From a virus (lineage: Duplodnaviria > Caudoviricetes), in the IMG/VR virus record IMGVR_UViG_3300027773_000160, positions 1-50,513 of that record: a DNA stretch of 50,513 bases; one strand, given 5' to 3'. How positions within the stretch are numbered: the first letter of the stretch is position 1; each line of letters starts with the position of its first letter. Under the pieces are notes generated by a model. That model was given only the letters and a program-made list of their open reading frames with translations. It had not been told where the DNA came from and searched no databases. Position numbers and translations under genes: made by a program. Below, piece by piece: positions 9,473 through 17,670 of the stretch.

Positions 9473-10788
9473 GACTCTCTCGGCTCGGAGTAAAGGCTCG
9501 ACGCCGCCATGATCGCGTGCCGGCGATGGCTGCTCGACCGCTCGCTCCTGCGCGGGCACCTTACAGTCGAAGTGGCGCCGGCGGGCGCCGCAAGTGGGCC
9601 ATCCCGAACCCGGAACACGCGGTCGAAGATGAATCGGCGCTAGGCATCGATCTCCTGCGATGGACCGCCGAGCGCTACGCCGGCGAGGCAAAGCCGATCG
9701 CGTGGCTCTGCCGCGGCACCATCCCGCTCGGCGTCGCGGCCCTGCTCGCCGCCATGGGCGGCCTCGGCAAGAGCTATCTCGCGCTCGATCTTGCGCTTCA
9801 GATCGCGGCCGGCGTCGCCGGGCTCGAACAGCCGCGCAAGATTCTCGGCGGAAGGATCGCGATCGAAGGAACCGCGGTCGTCGTCACCGCCGAGGACAGC
9901 TTCGACGCCGTGCATCGGCGTCTCAACCGCATCGATCCGACCGCACGCCGGCTGCGCCATCCAAAGCGGCTGATCGTGCTGCCGCTGCCGGACGCCGGCG
10001 GCCCGCGCCCATTGATCGCGACCAACGGCAAGGCGCTCGCGCGCACGCCGTTCTTTGACGACCTCAAGCGCCAGCTGGTCCAATTGCCGGAGCTGCGGCT
10101 CGTCGTCGTCGATCCGTTGCAGGCGTTCGTTCTTGCCGACGTTAACGCCGATCCCGCTGCCGCACAGTTCTTGTGGTCTGCGATGGCAGACCTTGCGACC
10201 GCGACCGGCGCCACGGTCTTGCTCACCCATCACATGCGCAAGGATGGCATGCTCCGCATCGCCGACGGCGACGACGCGCGCGAGGCGATCCGCGGGACCA
10301 CCGCGCTCGTTGACGGCGCTCGCCTTGCCTACGCGCTCTGGAAGCTCGACGACGACGCTGCGCGCTCAATCTGCAACACGCTTCAGATCCCGTTCGAGCG
10401 CGGGCGCATCGTCCGCGGCGCCGTCGTGAAGGCAAACGACGAAGCCGACCACAACGCCCACACTTACACGCGTGAAGAGAGTGGGCTGCTGGTCCAGCTC
10501 GAAGCAGAGCCGGACGGCGGCACACCCGAGCAAACGTTTTCGATCGCGCAAGCCCGCGAAGTCCTGAAAGAGGTCGATCGGCGCTTCAACGAAGGTAAGT
10601 CGCCGTTCAGCCACGCCTCGCAAGGCGGCGCGCGCTACCTCGGTCACTACCTCCAGCGACAGTACGGAATGTCGAAGAAAGCCGCCGCCGATCTGATCAC
10701 GGACTGGATGAACAACGGGATCATCACGACCGAGGAATACGACCGAAAGAACAACAAGGTGGGGCTGAAGGTGCTGCGATCGCTGTGA
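9283..10788 (+). CDS. RepA/AAA_25-type replicative helicase, probably missing its N-terminal primase part (recognisable coding from ~9600)
   Basis: AMGGLGKS Walker A, VVVDP Walker B, HHMRK and IRGTTALVDGAR motifs. The ORF 5' part overlaps the RloC-like gene and has no convincing start. Confidence 0.75.
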   Translation: MCRSCRYSSTDYERGRCRGTPRPVRLRESLSSRHQRRIRDRAYQRRRAQRLHSQNARLYPASLGLSRLGVKARRRHDRVPAMAARPLAPARAPYSRSGAGGRRKWAIPNPEHAVEDESALGIDLLRWTAERYAGEAKPIAWLCRGTIPLGVAALLAAMGGLGKSYLALDLALQIAAGVAGLEQPRKILGGRIAIEGTAVVVTAEDSFDAVHRRLNRIDPTARRLRHPKRLIVLPLPDAGGPRPLIATNGKALARTPFFDDLKRQLVQLPELRLVVVDPLQAFVLADVNADPAAAQFLWSAMADLATATGATVLLTHHMRKDGMLRIADGDDAREAIRGTTALVDGARLAYALWKLDDDAARSICNTLQIPFERGRIVRGAVVKANDEADHNAHTYTREESGLLVQLEAEPDGGTPEQTFSIAQAREVLKEVDRRFNEGKSPFSHASQGGARYLGHYLQRQYGMSKKAAADLITDWMNNGIITTEEYDRKNNKVGLKVLRSL

Positions 10789-10841
10789 TCAACGACGGCA
10801 GGGCGGCGAAAAAGGCATGGCTAAGCCATTGATTTGACTGA

Positions 10842-10936
10842 GGCGAAGGTTGGCGAAGGAGACGGCGCAGATGCGAAACTGCATGTGCCAAGTGTTTGAT
10901 TTCGTTTGGCGGAGGTTGGCGAAGGTCGGCGAAGCG
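10842..10936. repeat. GGCGAAGGTT-like decamer repeats, putative replication-origin iterons
   Basis: Copies at about 10842, 10852, 10908, 10918 and 10928, directly after the helicase gene. Confidence 0.55.
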
Positions 10937-11565
10937 AAGAACCCCCATACCCCCTATGCGCGTCGCCGCCGTTGCGCGGCGGCGCGCGCATCGGGTTCCG
11001 GGGTCGCGCCATTAGACGCGCGGCACGGGCCTTAAGCCTGATCGCCGATGCGATGGCGCCGTCCGCCTATCGCATCCAGGCGATGGTCGATGGCCTCGAC
11101 CAGGTGGCGCTTGCGATGGAGCGCAAGTGGGGCGTCGGCCGCCTGCGCCTTCTCGTTTCGGATTTCCTCCGCGCGAAATTCGACGAGCAGAAGGATCGGC
11201 TCGATGCCGCGCTGCGCTCCGGCGAAGAGCGCTTCGTCACCGCCCAGGTCGAAGGCATGCGGCGCGCGTGGGCGGCGCTTGACCGCGCTGCCGACGAAGC
11301 CGGCGCGAAGCCGCTCGCGCCGGAAGTCTGGGAATGCGTGCTGCCTTCGACCGGCGAAATCATCTCGCTCGTTCGCTGCGAAGAGGAAGCCCACCACGTC
11401 GCGCGCGAAGGTCGCGTGTTCACCGTCGCTGAGGTCGCCATCCTGATCGAGGCGCTCGGCGAGGGCGTCCTCACGGTCAAACAGAAATTCCCCGGCGCGG
11501 CCGTCACGGGCATCCGGCGCAAAGCACCGATCGACTGGTCGCGCGGGGACGAGATCCCGTTCTGA
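10906..11565 (+). CDS. Phage hypothetical protein (start uncertain)
   Basis: Long ORF with WGVGRLRLLVS and a C-terminal DEIPF tail of the SSB-like kind common in phage proteins. Confidence 0.65.
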   Translation: MAEVGEGRRSEEPPYPLCASPPLRGGARIGFRGRAIRRAARALSLIADAMAPSAYRIQAMVDGLDQVALAMERKWGVGRLRLLVSDFLRAKFDEQKDRLDAALRSGEERFVTAQVEGMRRAWAALDRAADEAGAKPLAPEVWECVLPSTGEIISLVRCEEEAHHVAREGRVFTVAEVAILIEALGEGVLTVKQKFPGAAVTGIRRKAPIDWSRGDEIPF

Positions 11566-11581
11566 ACGATTTGGAGGAACT

Positions 11582-12112
11582 ATGCTTGCCATAGCCCTTG
11601 CCGAACCAATTCAGCCGCCGCCGACGGCACGCGTCGCGATGCTCCCGCCGCGCGCGATCCTCGCGCTTGATCTCGGCTCGCGGTGTGGATGGGCCGTGCT
11701 TCCTCGCTCGGGTCGTATCGCATCCGGCGTGAGCGAGTTCAGGCCCGGCCGCTTCGAAGGCGCCGGCATGGCATTCCTTCGCTTCGAGCGCTTCCTGGGC
11801 GACGCGTCCGAAGCATCGGGTCCATTCGGCGTCGTGGTGTTCGAAGAGGTCCGTGCGCATGCCGGCACGCTCGCGGCGCAGGTCTATGGCGGCTTTCTCG
11901 CCCACCTCACCGCGTGGTGCGAGCGCAACGCCGTGCCGTATCTCGGCGTGCCGGTCGCGACCATCAAGCGGCACGCGACCGGCAAGGGAAACGCCTCGAA
12001 GGAAGAGGTGGTCGCGGCTGTCCGCGCGCGCGGACATTCGCCCGCCGACGACAACGAGGCCGATGCGCTCGCCTTGCTCGACTGGGCGATCGTTAATCGT
12101 ATCGGAGCATGA
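11582..12112 (+). CDS. RuvC-like Holliday junction resolvase
   Basis: ILALDLG, VVFEEV, TGKGNASK and DDNEADALAL motifs; GGAGG RBS. Confidence 0.85.
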   Translation: MLAIALAEPIQPPPTARVAMLPPRAILALDLGSRCGWAVLPRSGRIASGVSEFRPGRFEGAGMAFLRFERFLGDASEASGPFGVVVFEEVRAHAGTLAAQVYGGFLAHLTAWCERNAVPYLGVPVATIKRHATGKGNASKEEVVAAVRARGHSPADDNEADALALLDWAIVNRIGA

Positions 12113-12387
12113 GCATGGAAAGGCAGGACTTCTTCGACGATCTTGCCCTCACTCTCGCCGATCGCGAGGATCAATACGGCGCTCCCGCCCGGCTGTTCGA
12201 CGAGATCGCCCGCATTTGGACCGTGATCTTGAGCTTCGAGGTCGACCCTGCGCAGGTCGCCCTGTGCATGGTGGGCGTGAAACTCGCACGGCTCAGCCAC
12301 AACTGGTCCCATGCCGACAGCATCAAGGACATTGCCGGCTATGCGGCCATTCTCTCCCAGCTGGTCAACGAGGCACACGCAAAATGA
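12109..12387 (+). CDS. Small phage protein (DUF6378-like)
   Basis: DREDQYG...VKLARL...DSIKDIAGYA pattern; ATGA-coupled to the upstream gene. Confidence 0.7.
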   Translation: MSMERQDFFDDLALTLADREDQYGAPARLFDEIARIWTVILSFEVDPAQVALCMVGVKLARLSHNWSHADSIKDIAGYAAILSQLVNEAHAK

Positions 12388-12834
12388 AATACACGCCCAA
12401 GGACATCGAGGACCGCCTCGAGGAAGCAGCCGCCACGTTGCGGCGTCTGCCCGACACGCGCGTGCCCGGTTATTTCAGCACGTGGCCGCCGATCATCCGA
12501 GCCGCAGTCGAGGCATACGGCTATGATCCCGCGCATGCCGCGGATCGCGCCGTCGCCCCAGGCCATCAGCCGCATGGAGGAGACGTTCACGTGGCTGACA
12601 TGGCTTGAGCCTGACGACGCACGGATCGTGTGGCTGCGGGCCGAAGGCGTGCGCTGGAAGCCGATCTGCTGGCGCGTCGGCCTATCTCGTGCCCTGGCAT
12701 GGCGCCGGTGGGTTGCGTCGCTGATCACGATTGCAAACCGGCTCAATTCCAGGCATATCGCGAGCAGCACGAAGGCTCGCAAGAAAGGCGTGACCGCAAT
12801 CATCGACGAAGCACGGCGTGAAGGTCTGCTTTAG
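12384..12834 (+). pseudogene. DUF6362-like regulator gene with a frameshift near 12530
   Basis: MKYTPKDIEDRLEEAAATLRRLP...YGYDP continues in another frame as RMPRIAPSPQAISRMEETFTWL...VRWKPIC. Confidence 0.7.
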
Positions 12835-13090
12835 TCGGTGCATGAACCGCAGAACACGTCGAACTTTTGGCTTCAACAATGAAACAGATTTCGGCATGAT
12901 TGCTGGCATGATCGCGGGACGCGCGCCCGCCCCATCCCCGCCGGCCATAGGTTCTTTTTGCCGCCGAGCGTATGCGGGCGGCAAAGGCGCGATGGAAATC
13001 TAGCGTCAGAGTGCAAATCCGATTGCGCACCTTTGGGTGCGCACCCTCGGGTGCGCGGGTGCGCATCGCCTTTTCAAATTCGAGAAGCGC

Positions 13091-13900
13091 TTAACCCTTC
13101 GCTATCGCCAGATTCGTGCTGACCTCGAAAGCGATCCCCGATGAGTCGCTGTAACGTTGCAGCACGGGAGCGCTTTCGGCAACGATAGCCTCTACCACGC
13201 GTTTGCGTTCCTGATCGTCCATTGACTTGCCGGCAGCGCTCATACCGATGAAGGCCATCGTATTCAGCCTCAAGAACACGGCGCCGTCGTCAAAACGTAT
13301 GGTGCGGGACAACGAGCTTGACTGAACGTTCTGGAACCCTGCGTTGCGGAGCAGCGCCTCAAGAGCCGTCGCGTCGCCGAAGCTGTACCGCTGATCCATT
13401 ATGGCGCCCAAATGGCGCTCGGCGACACTGCGTAGCTCCCGGAAGAATGGGATCTCCTCATCGGAGCGCCAGGTAGCCACGGCGATTCGACCGCCTGTCG
13501 CCAAGGCTCGGCGCATCTCACCCGCCGCTGCGGCCTTGTCGGGAAAGAACTGTAACCCTTGTTGGCAGACGACAACGTCGAACTGTTCACCGGCGCGCAG
13601 GGGTAGCGCGTTGGCGTTGCCTTCTCGCCAGTCAATGCTCGGGGCCGCCGAGCGCGCGACAGCCAACATATGGGGACTGACATCAACCCCAAGAACGTAT
13701 CCGGCATCGCCGAGCCGCTCTCTTGCAACACGTGCAACTATTCCCGTCCCGCAAGCAATGTCTAGAACCCGATCCCCTGGAGATAACGCGAGCCGGTCGA
13801 AAGTCATTTCGGCCCACGGCTTGAAGAGCGGTCCGACGAGCCAACGCTCGTACATTTCGGGGAAGCTTGCCTGATCCATCGCGTAGACGGGCAGAGCCAT
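13091..13900 (-). CDS. Class I SAM-dependent (small-molecule) methyltransferase, cargo gene
   Basis: VLDIACGTG and FDVVVCQQGLQFF motifs; GGAGG RBS; opposite strand to the flanking phage genes. Confidence 0.85.
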   Translation of the reverse strand: MALPVYAMDQASFPEMYERWLVGPLFKPWAEMTFDRLALSPGDRVLDIACGTGIVARVARERLGDAGYVLGVDVSPHMLAVARSAAPSIDWREGNANALPLRAGEQFDVVVCQQGLQFFPDKAAAAGEMRRALATGGRIAVATWRSDEEIPFFRELRSVAERHLGAIMDQRYSFGDATALEALLRNAGFQNVQSSSLSRTIRFDDGAVFLRLNTMAFIGMSAAGKSMDDQERKRVVEAIVAESAPVLQRYSDSSGIAFEVSTNLAIAKG

Positions 13901-13953
13901 GATTGCCTCCAATGATCCGAACTGAAACCTAGCTGAAACGGACGCTTTCATCC

Positions 13954-14703
13954 ATGGAGCAGAAGATCGAGAGCCGGGCGATCGAGCGGCTGATCCCTTA
14001 TGTTCGCAACGCGCGGACGCATTCGGAGGATCAGATCGCGCAGATCGCCGCGTCGATCGCCGAGTTCGGCTTCGTCAACCCGGTTCTCATCGGCGCGGAC
14101 GACATGATCGTGGCCGGCCACGGCCGCGTGCTCGCCGCGAAGCTGCTCGGCCTCGCCGAGGTCCCGGTGATCGTGCTCGATCATTTGAGCGAAGCGCAGC
14201 GACGGGCGCTCGTCATCGCCGACAACAAGATCGCAGAGAACGCCGGCTGGGACGAGGCAATGCTGCGGGCGGAGCTCGCGGCGCTGCGCGACGAGGAATT
14301 CGATCTCGACCTGCTCGGCTTCAGCGACGCCGATCTTCTCCGCATGCTCGATTCGATCGACGGCAGTTCTTTGCCGGGGGGCGAGGACGCCGGCGGCTCC
14401 GGTAATCCTCCCGCCGGATCGCCGGCGTCCGAGTCGTCCTCCACTCTGGCGGAGCGCTTCGGGATTCCACCATTCAGCGTGCTCGATGCGCGCAAGGGCT
14501 GGTGGCAGGAGCGCAAGCGGGCTTGGATTGATCTCGGCATTCGCTCGGAGCTCGGCCGCGGCGCCGCGCCCGGCGGAAGTCCGCGTCCGCTCGATCGGGC
14601 GCGTATGGCGAAAGCAGCGGCGCCGGGTGGATCGCCGCTGCCTGCGGCGAACTACTCGAAATCCAAGGCCCGAGGCGACGGCCGCGGCCGGCAGCTGGCA
14701 TGA
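13954..14703 (+). CDS. ParB/Srx N-terminal domain protein
   Basis: LIPYVRNARTHS, IVAGHGRVLAA and LVIADNK motifs. Confidence 0.85.
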   Translation: MEQKIESRAIERLIPYVRNARTHSEDQIAQIAASIAEFGFVNPVLIGADDMIVAGHGRVLAAKLLGLAEVPVIVLDHLSEAQRRALVIADNKIAENAGWDEAMLRAELAALRDEEFDLDLLGFSDADLLRMLDSIDGSSLPGGEDAGGSGNPPAGSPASESSSTLAERFGIPPFSVLDARKGWWQERKRAWIDLGIRSELGRGAAPGGSPRPLDRARMAKAAAPGGSPLPAANYSKSKARGDGRGRQLA

Positions 14704-15491
14704 GCAATCTGACCTTCGTCAAAGGCGACCGCGAGGCGGACGATCTTGATCCGGTCAGCCAAGCGATCCTCGAAGTGGGATCGGGCACATCGATCTTCGA
14801 TCCCGTCATTTGCGAGATCGCCTATCGCTGGTTCTGCCCGCCGGGCGGCACCGTGCTCGATCCCTTCGCCGGCGGTTCGGTTCGCGGCATCGTTGCGTCG
14901 AGGCTTGGGCGCCGCTACGTCGGCATTGAGCTTCGCCCTGAACAGGTGGCGGCGAATATCGCCCAATTGCATCTCGCCGACGGTCCTGAGCCTGAATGGC
15001 GTCAGGGCGATGCGCGCGAGATCGCACGGCTCGCCGCCGACATCGAAGCCGACCTGATCTTCTCGTGCCCGCCTTATTGGAACCTTGAGCGCTATTCGGA
15101 CGATCCGGCCGACTTGTCGAACATGGAGCGCGAAGATTTTTTCGCTGCCTACAGCACGATCATTCGCGACACCCTAGCGCGGCTCCGTGATGATCGGTTT
15201 GCGGTCTGGATTGTCGGCGACGTGCGCGACGATGACGGCTGCTACGTGAACCTGCCCGGCCGCACGGTTGAGGCCTTCGAAGCCGCCGGCGCGCGGCTCT
15301 ACAACGATGCCATCCTGGTTACGGCGGTCGGATCGCTGCCCGTGCGCGTGGGGCGGCAATTCGAAGTCTCGCGCAAGCTCGGCCGCACGCATCAGAACGT
15401 GATGGTCTTCGTCAAAGGCGATCCCCGCAAGGCGACGGAGGCGTGCGGCGCCGTGGAGTTCGGCGAGATCGCGCAAGGAGACGACGCTTGA
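14700..15491 (+). CDS. Phage DNA methyltransferase-like protein
   Basis: VLDPFAGGS SAM motif and FSCPPY catalytic-like motif; ATGA-coupled to ParB. Confidence 0.8.
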   Translation: MSNLTFVKGDREADDLDPVSQAILEVGSGTSIFDPVICEIAYRWFCPPGGTVLDPFAGGSVRGIVASRLGRRYVGIELRPEQVAANIAQLHLADGPEPEWRQGDAREIARLAADIEADLIFSCPPYWNLERYSDDPADLSNMEREDFFAAYSTIIRDTLARLRDDRFAVWIVGDVRDDDGCYVNLPGRTVEAFEAAGARLYNDAILVTAVGSLPVRVGRQFEVSRKLGRTHQNVMVFVKGDPRKATEACGAVEFGEIAQGDDA

Positions 15492-16264
15492 AGCAGGGTA
15501 GCGCATTGGCAGCGCGCGCGGCTCATATCCGCGAGGTAGCCGGTTCGATTCCGGCCCCTGCAACCATTCCAGTTTTGGCCGAGCACGACGGCGTTCTCGT
15601 GGTTCGGGACGATCTTTATCCCGGCGGGACGAAGGCACGATTCATCGGCACATTTTTCGCCGGCGTGGACGAGGCCGTCTACGCGAGCCCGGTGGAGGGC
15701 GGCGCGCAGACGGCGCTGGCAACGGTCGCGCGGCAGCTCGACAAGCGGGCGACGATTTTCGTGGCGCATCGGATTCGTCCGCATCCGCGAACACTTGAAG
15801 CAGCGCGCCTCGGCGCCAAGGTCATCACCGTCCAGCCGGGTTACCTGTCGGTCGTTCAGGCTCGTGCTCGCGAATATTGCGAGCGAACGCGAGCCGCCCT
15901 CGTGCCGTTTGGTGTCGATGCCGAGTTCGTGATCGAGGCAATAGCACATGCGGCGGGCTCGCTCGCCATCGAGCCGGATGAAGTCTGGTGTGCAGCCGGC
16001 TCGGGGGTTCTCGCGCGAGGCCTTGCCCGTGCCTGGCCGGCGGCGCGCCGGCACGTGGTCCGGATCGGACGCGCCTTGTCCCCGACCGACGTCGCCGGAG
16101 CCGTGATCCATGAATACCCGCTTCCGTTCGGGCGAGAGGCACGAAGCAGACCGCCGTTTCCGTCCGATCCGCACTACGACGCGAAGGCCTGGGAGCTATG
16201 CGCGGCCCGGAGGGGGCCGGGCCGCGTGTTGTTCTGGAACGTAGCTGGGCCGGCGCGGCCTTAG
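15488..16264 (+). CDS. PLP-dependent enzyme (ACC deaminase/D-cysteine desulfhydrase-like fold)
   Basis: VVRDDLYPGGTKAR lysine motif, VWCAAGSG, YDAKAW and LFWN. TTG 15488 overlaps the upstream stop and follows AAGGAG; start not certain. Confidence 0.7.
   Translation: MKQGSALAARAAHIREVAGSIPAPATIPVLAEHDGVLVVRDDLYPGGTKARFIGTFFAGVDEAVYASPVEGGAQTALATVARQLDKRATIFVAHRIRPHPRTLEAARLGAKVITVQPGYLSVVQARAREYCERTRAALVPFGVDAEFVIEAIAHAAGSLAIEPDEVWCAAGSGVLARGLARAWPAARRHVVRIGRALSPTDVAGAVIHEYPLPFGREARSRPPFPSDPHYDAKAWELCAARRGPGRVLFWNVAGPARP
15492..15566 (+). tRNA. Phage tRNA with CAT anticodon (Met/fMet-like)
   Basis: Cloverleaf: acceptor GCAGGG/CCCTGC, D stem GCGC/GCGC, anticodon stem CGCGG-CTCATAT-CCGCG, T arm GCCGG-TTCGATT-CCGGC, encoded ACCA. 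Confidence 0.85.
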
Positions 16265-16989
16265 CGCGCCGCCTGCGCCTCAAGCGCCATGATGCAGAGA
16301 TCGCGGTAACGCTTGATCGCCTTCGGGCTTGAACTGACCGGGTTGATCTCGAAGGTGCGCAGGCCGTTGAGGTCGCCGGCCTTCGCAAGCTCGATCACGT
16401 TCGCAAGCTTGTTGCGAAACCGCTTGTGCGTCTCCGCGCTGAAATCCGGCGGCGCGGGCAGCTTGCCGGCGCGGGCGTCGGCCTCGATTTGCGCGCGCTT
16501 GCCGAGCGGGCGCTTGGGCGCTGCGGAGTGCGGTTCGCCGTTTGCCCGCGGCTCCCGTGAAGGATCGGAGACGAGCCTCGCGTCGCGCGCTTCGCTTCGG
16601 CCGTTTGGCTGCTTCTTCAGGCGCCAGGCAAAGCCGTCCTTTGCTTTGACGACCTCGATTTCATCGAGGTTGTGGCCGGCGGCCTTCGCGGCCCGCTGTG
16701 CGTTGAACTTCTTGGCATAGGTCTTCATCGAACTCTCCTTGCTTTCGGTTGGAATGTCGTCGGTGACGAGCGCCGAGCGGCCATCGGCGTCGACGGCGTA
16801 AATCAGGGCGCGGCGCCCGTAGGGATGTTCGGCCTCGAGAGCGGGCGCGGCGTCGTTCCGCGCTTCGGCCAAGGTTCGCGCGGAAGCGTGCGCGTACTTG
16901 CCGCGACCAATGAAGAGCGCGATGTCGAACCGGACCGCATTCGCGATGATCGCGGCATCGCGTTCGCTTGGCGGATGAACTTTCGGCAT
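16261..16989 (-). CDS. Hypothetical protein(s); possible internal start at 16728 (MKTYAKK)
   Basis: Open ORF with GGAGG RBS; a second AAGGAG RBS precedes MKTY. Confidence 0.6.
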   Translation of the reverse strand: MPKVHPPSERDAAIIANAVRFDIALFIGRGKYAHASARTLAEARNDAAPALEAEHPYGRRALIYAVDADGRSALVTDDIPTESKESSMKTYAKKFNAQRAAKAAGHNLDEIEVVKAKDGFAWRLKKQPNGRSEARDARLVSDPSREPRANGEPHSAAPKRPLGKRAQIEADARAGKLPAPPDFSAETHKRFRNKLANVIELAKAGDLNGLRTFEINPVSSSPKAIKRYRDLCIMALEAQAAR

Positions 16990-17091
16990 GGATTGCCCTC
17001 CGTTTGACGGGGGTCACTCAGGCTCGACCCGCGCAGGAGAGCAACTGCCAAGTCACTGGAATTTCGAGCATATCGGGAGCGCTGGAGCAGC

Positions 17092-17670
17092 ATGGGTCTT
17101 TCCCGCAGGGCCTACGCGCGGCACCGCGGGGTGGCCGAGAACGCCGTTCGCAAGGCGATTGCCGCGGGCCGGATCACGCTCGAACCCGACGGCACGATCG
17201 ACCCCGAGAAGGCCGATCGCGACTGGGCCGCGCGCACCGATCCGGCGCAGCAGCGCGGCCGTCATGCGCCCATGGCGGAGAAGTCGGCGCGGGAGCCCGG
17301 TCAGGAAAAGGCGGTCCCGCGCACGGCGCTGGATACCGTTCAGAAGACACTCCGCGAATCCGGAGAAAGGTCGGAAGGCGACGTGACCTTCCTGCGCGCT
17401 CGCACCGCGAACGAGGTGATCAAGGCGCAGGAGCGCAGCGTCCGGCTCGCGAAGATCAAGGGTGAGCTTGTCGATCGGGCGCGCGCCGTCGCCACGGTCT
17501 TCGGCCTGGCGCGTCGCGAGCGCGACGCATGGGTGCAATGGCCCGCACGCGTCGCCGCCCTGATGGCGAACGAGCTCCGCGTCGATCCGCATCAGATGGA
17601 AACGGTTCTGGAAAAGCATGTCCGACGGCATCTCGCCGAGCTCTCGGACCTCCGGGTCGAACTCCGGTGA
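17092..17670 (+). CDS. Terminase small subunit
   Basis: SRRAYARHRGVAENAVRKAI HTH and GELVD motif; directly upstream of the large subunit. Confidence 0.8.
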   Translation: MGLSRRAYARHRGVAENAVRKAIAAGRITLEPDGTIDPEKADRDWAARTDPAQQRGRHAPMAEKSAREPGQEKAVPRTALDTVQKTLRESGERSEGDVTFLRARTANEVIKAQERSVRLAKIKGELVDRARAVATVFGLARRERDAWVQWPARVAALMANELRVDPHQMETVLEKHVRRHLAELSDLRVELR

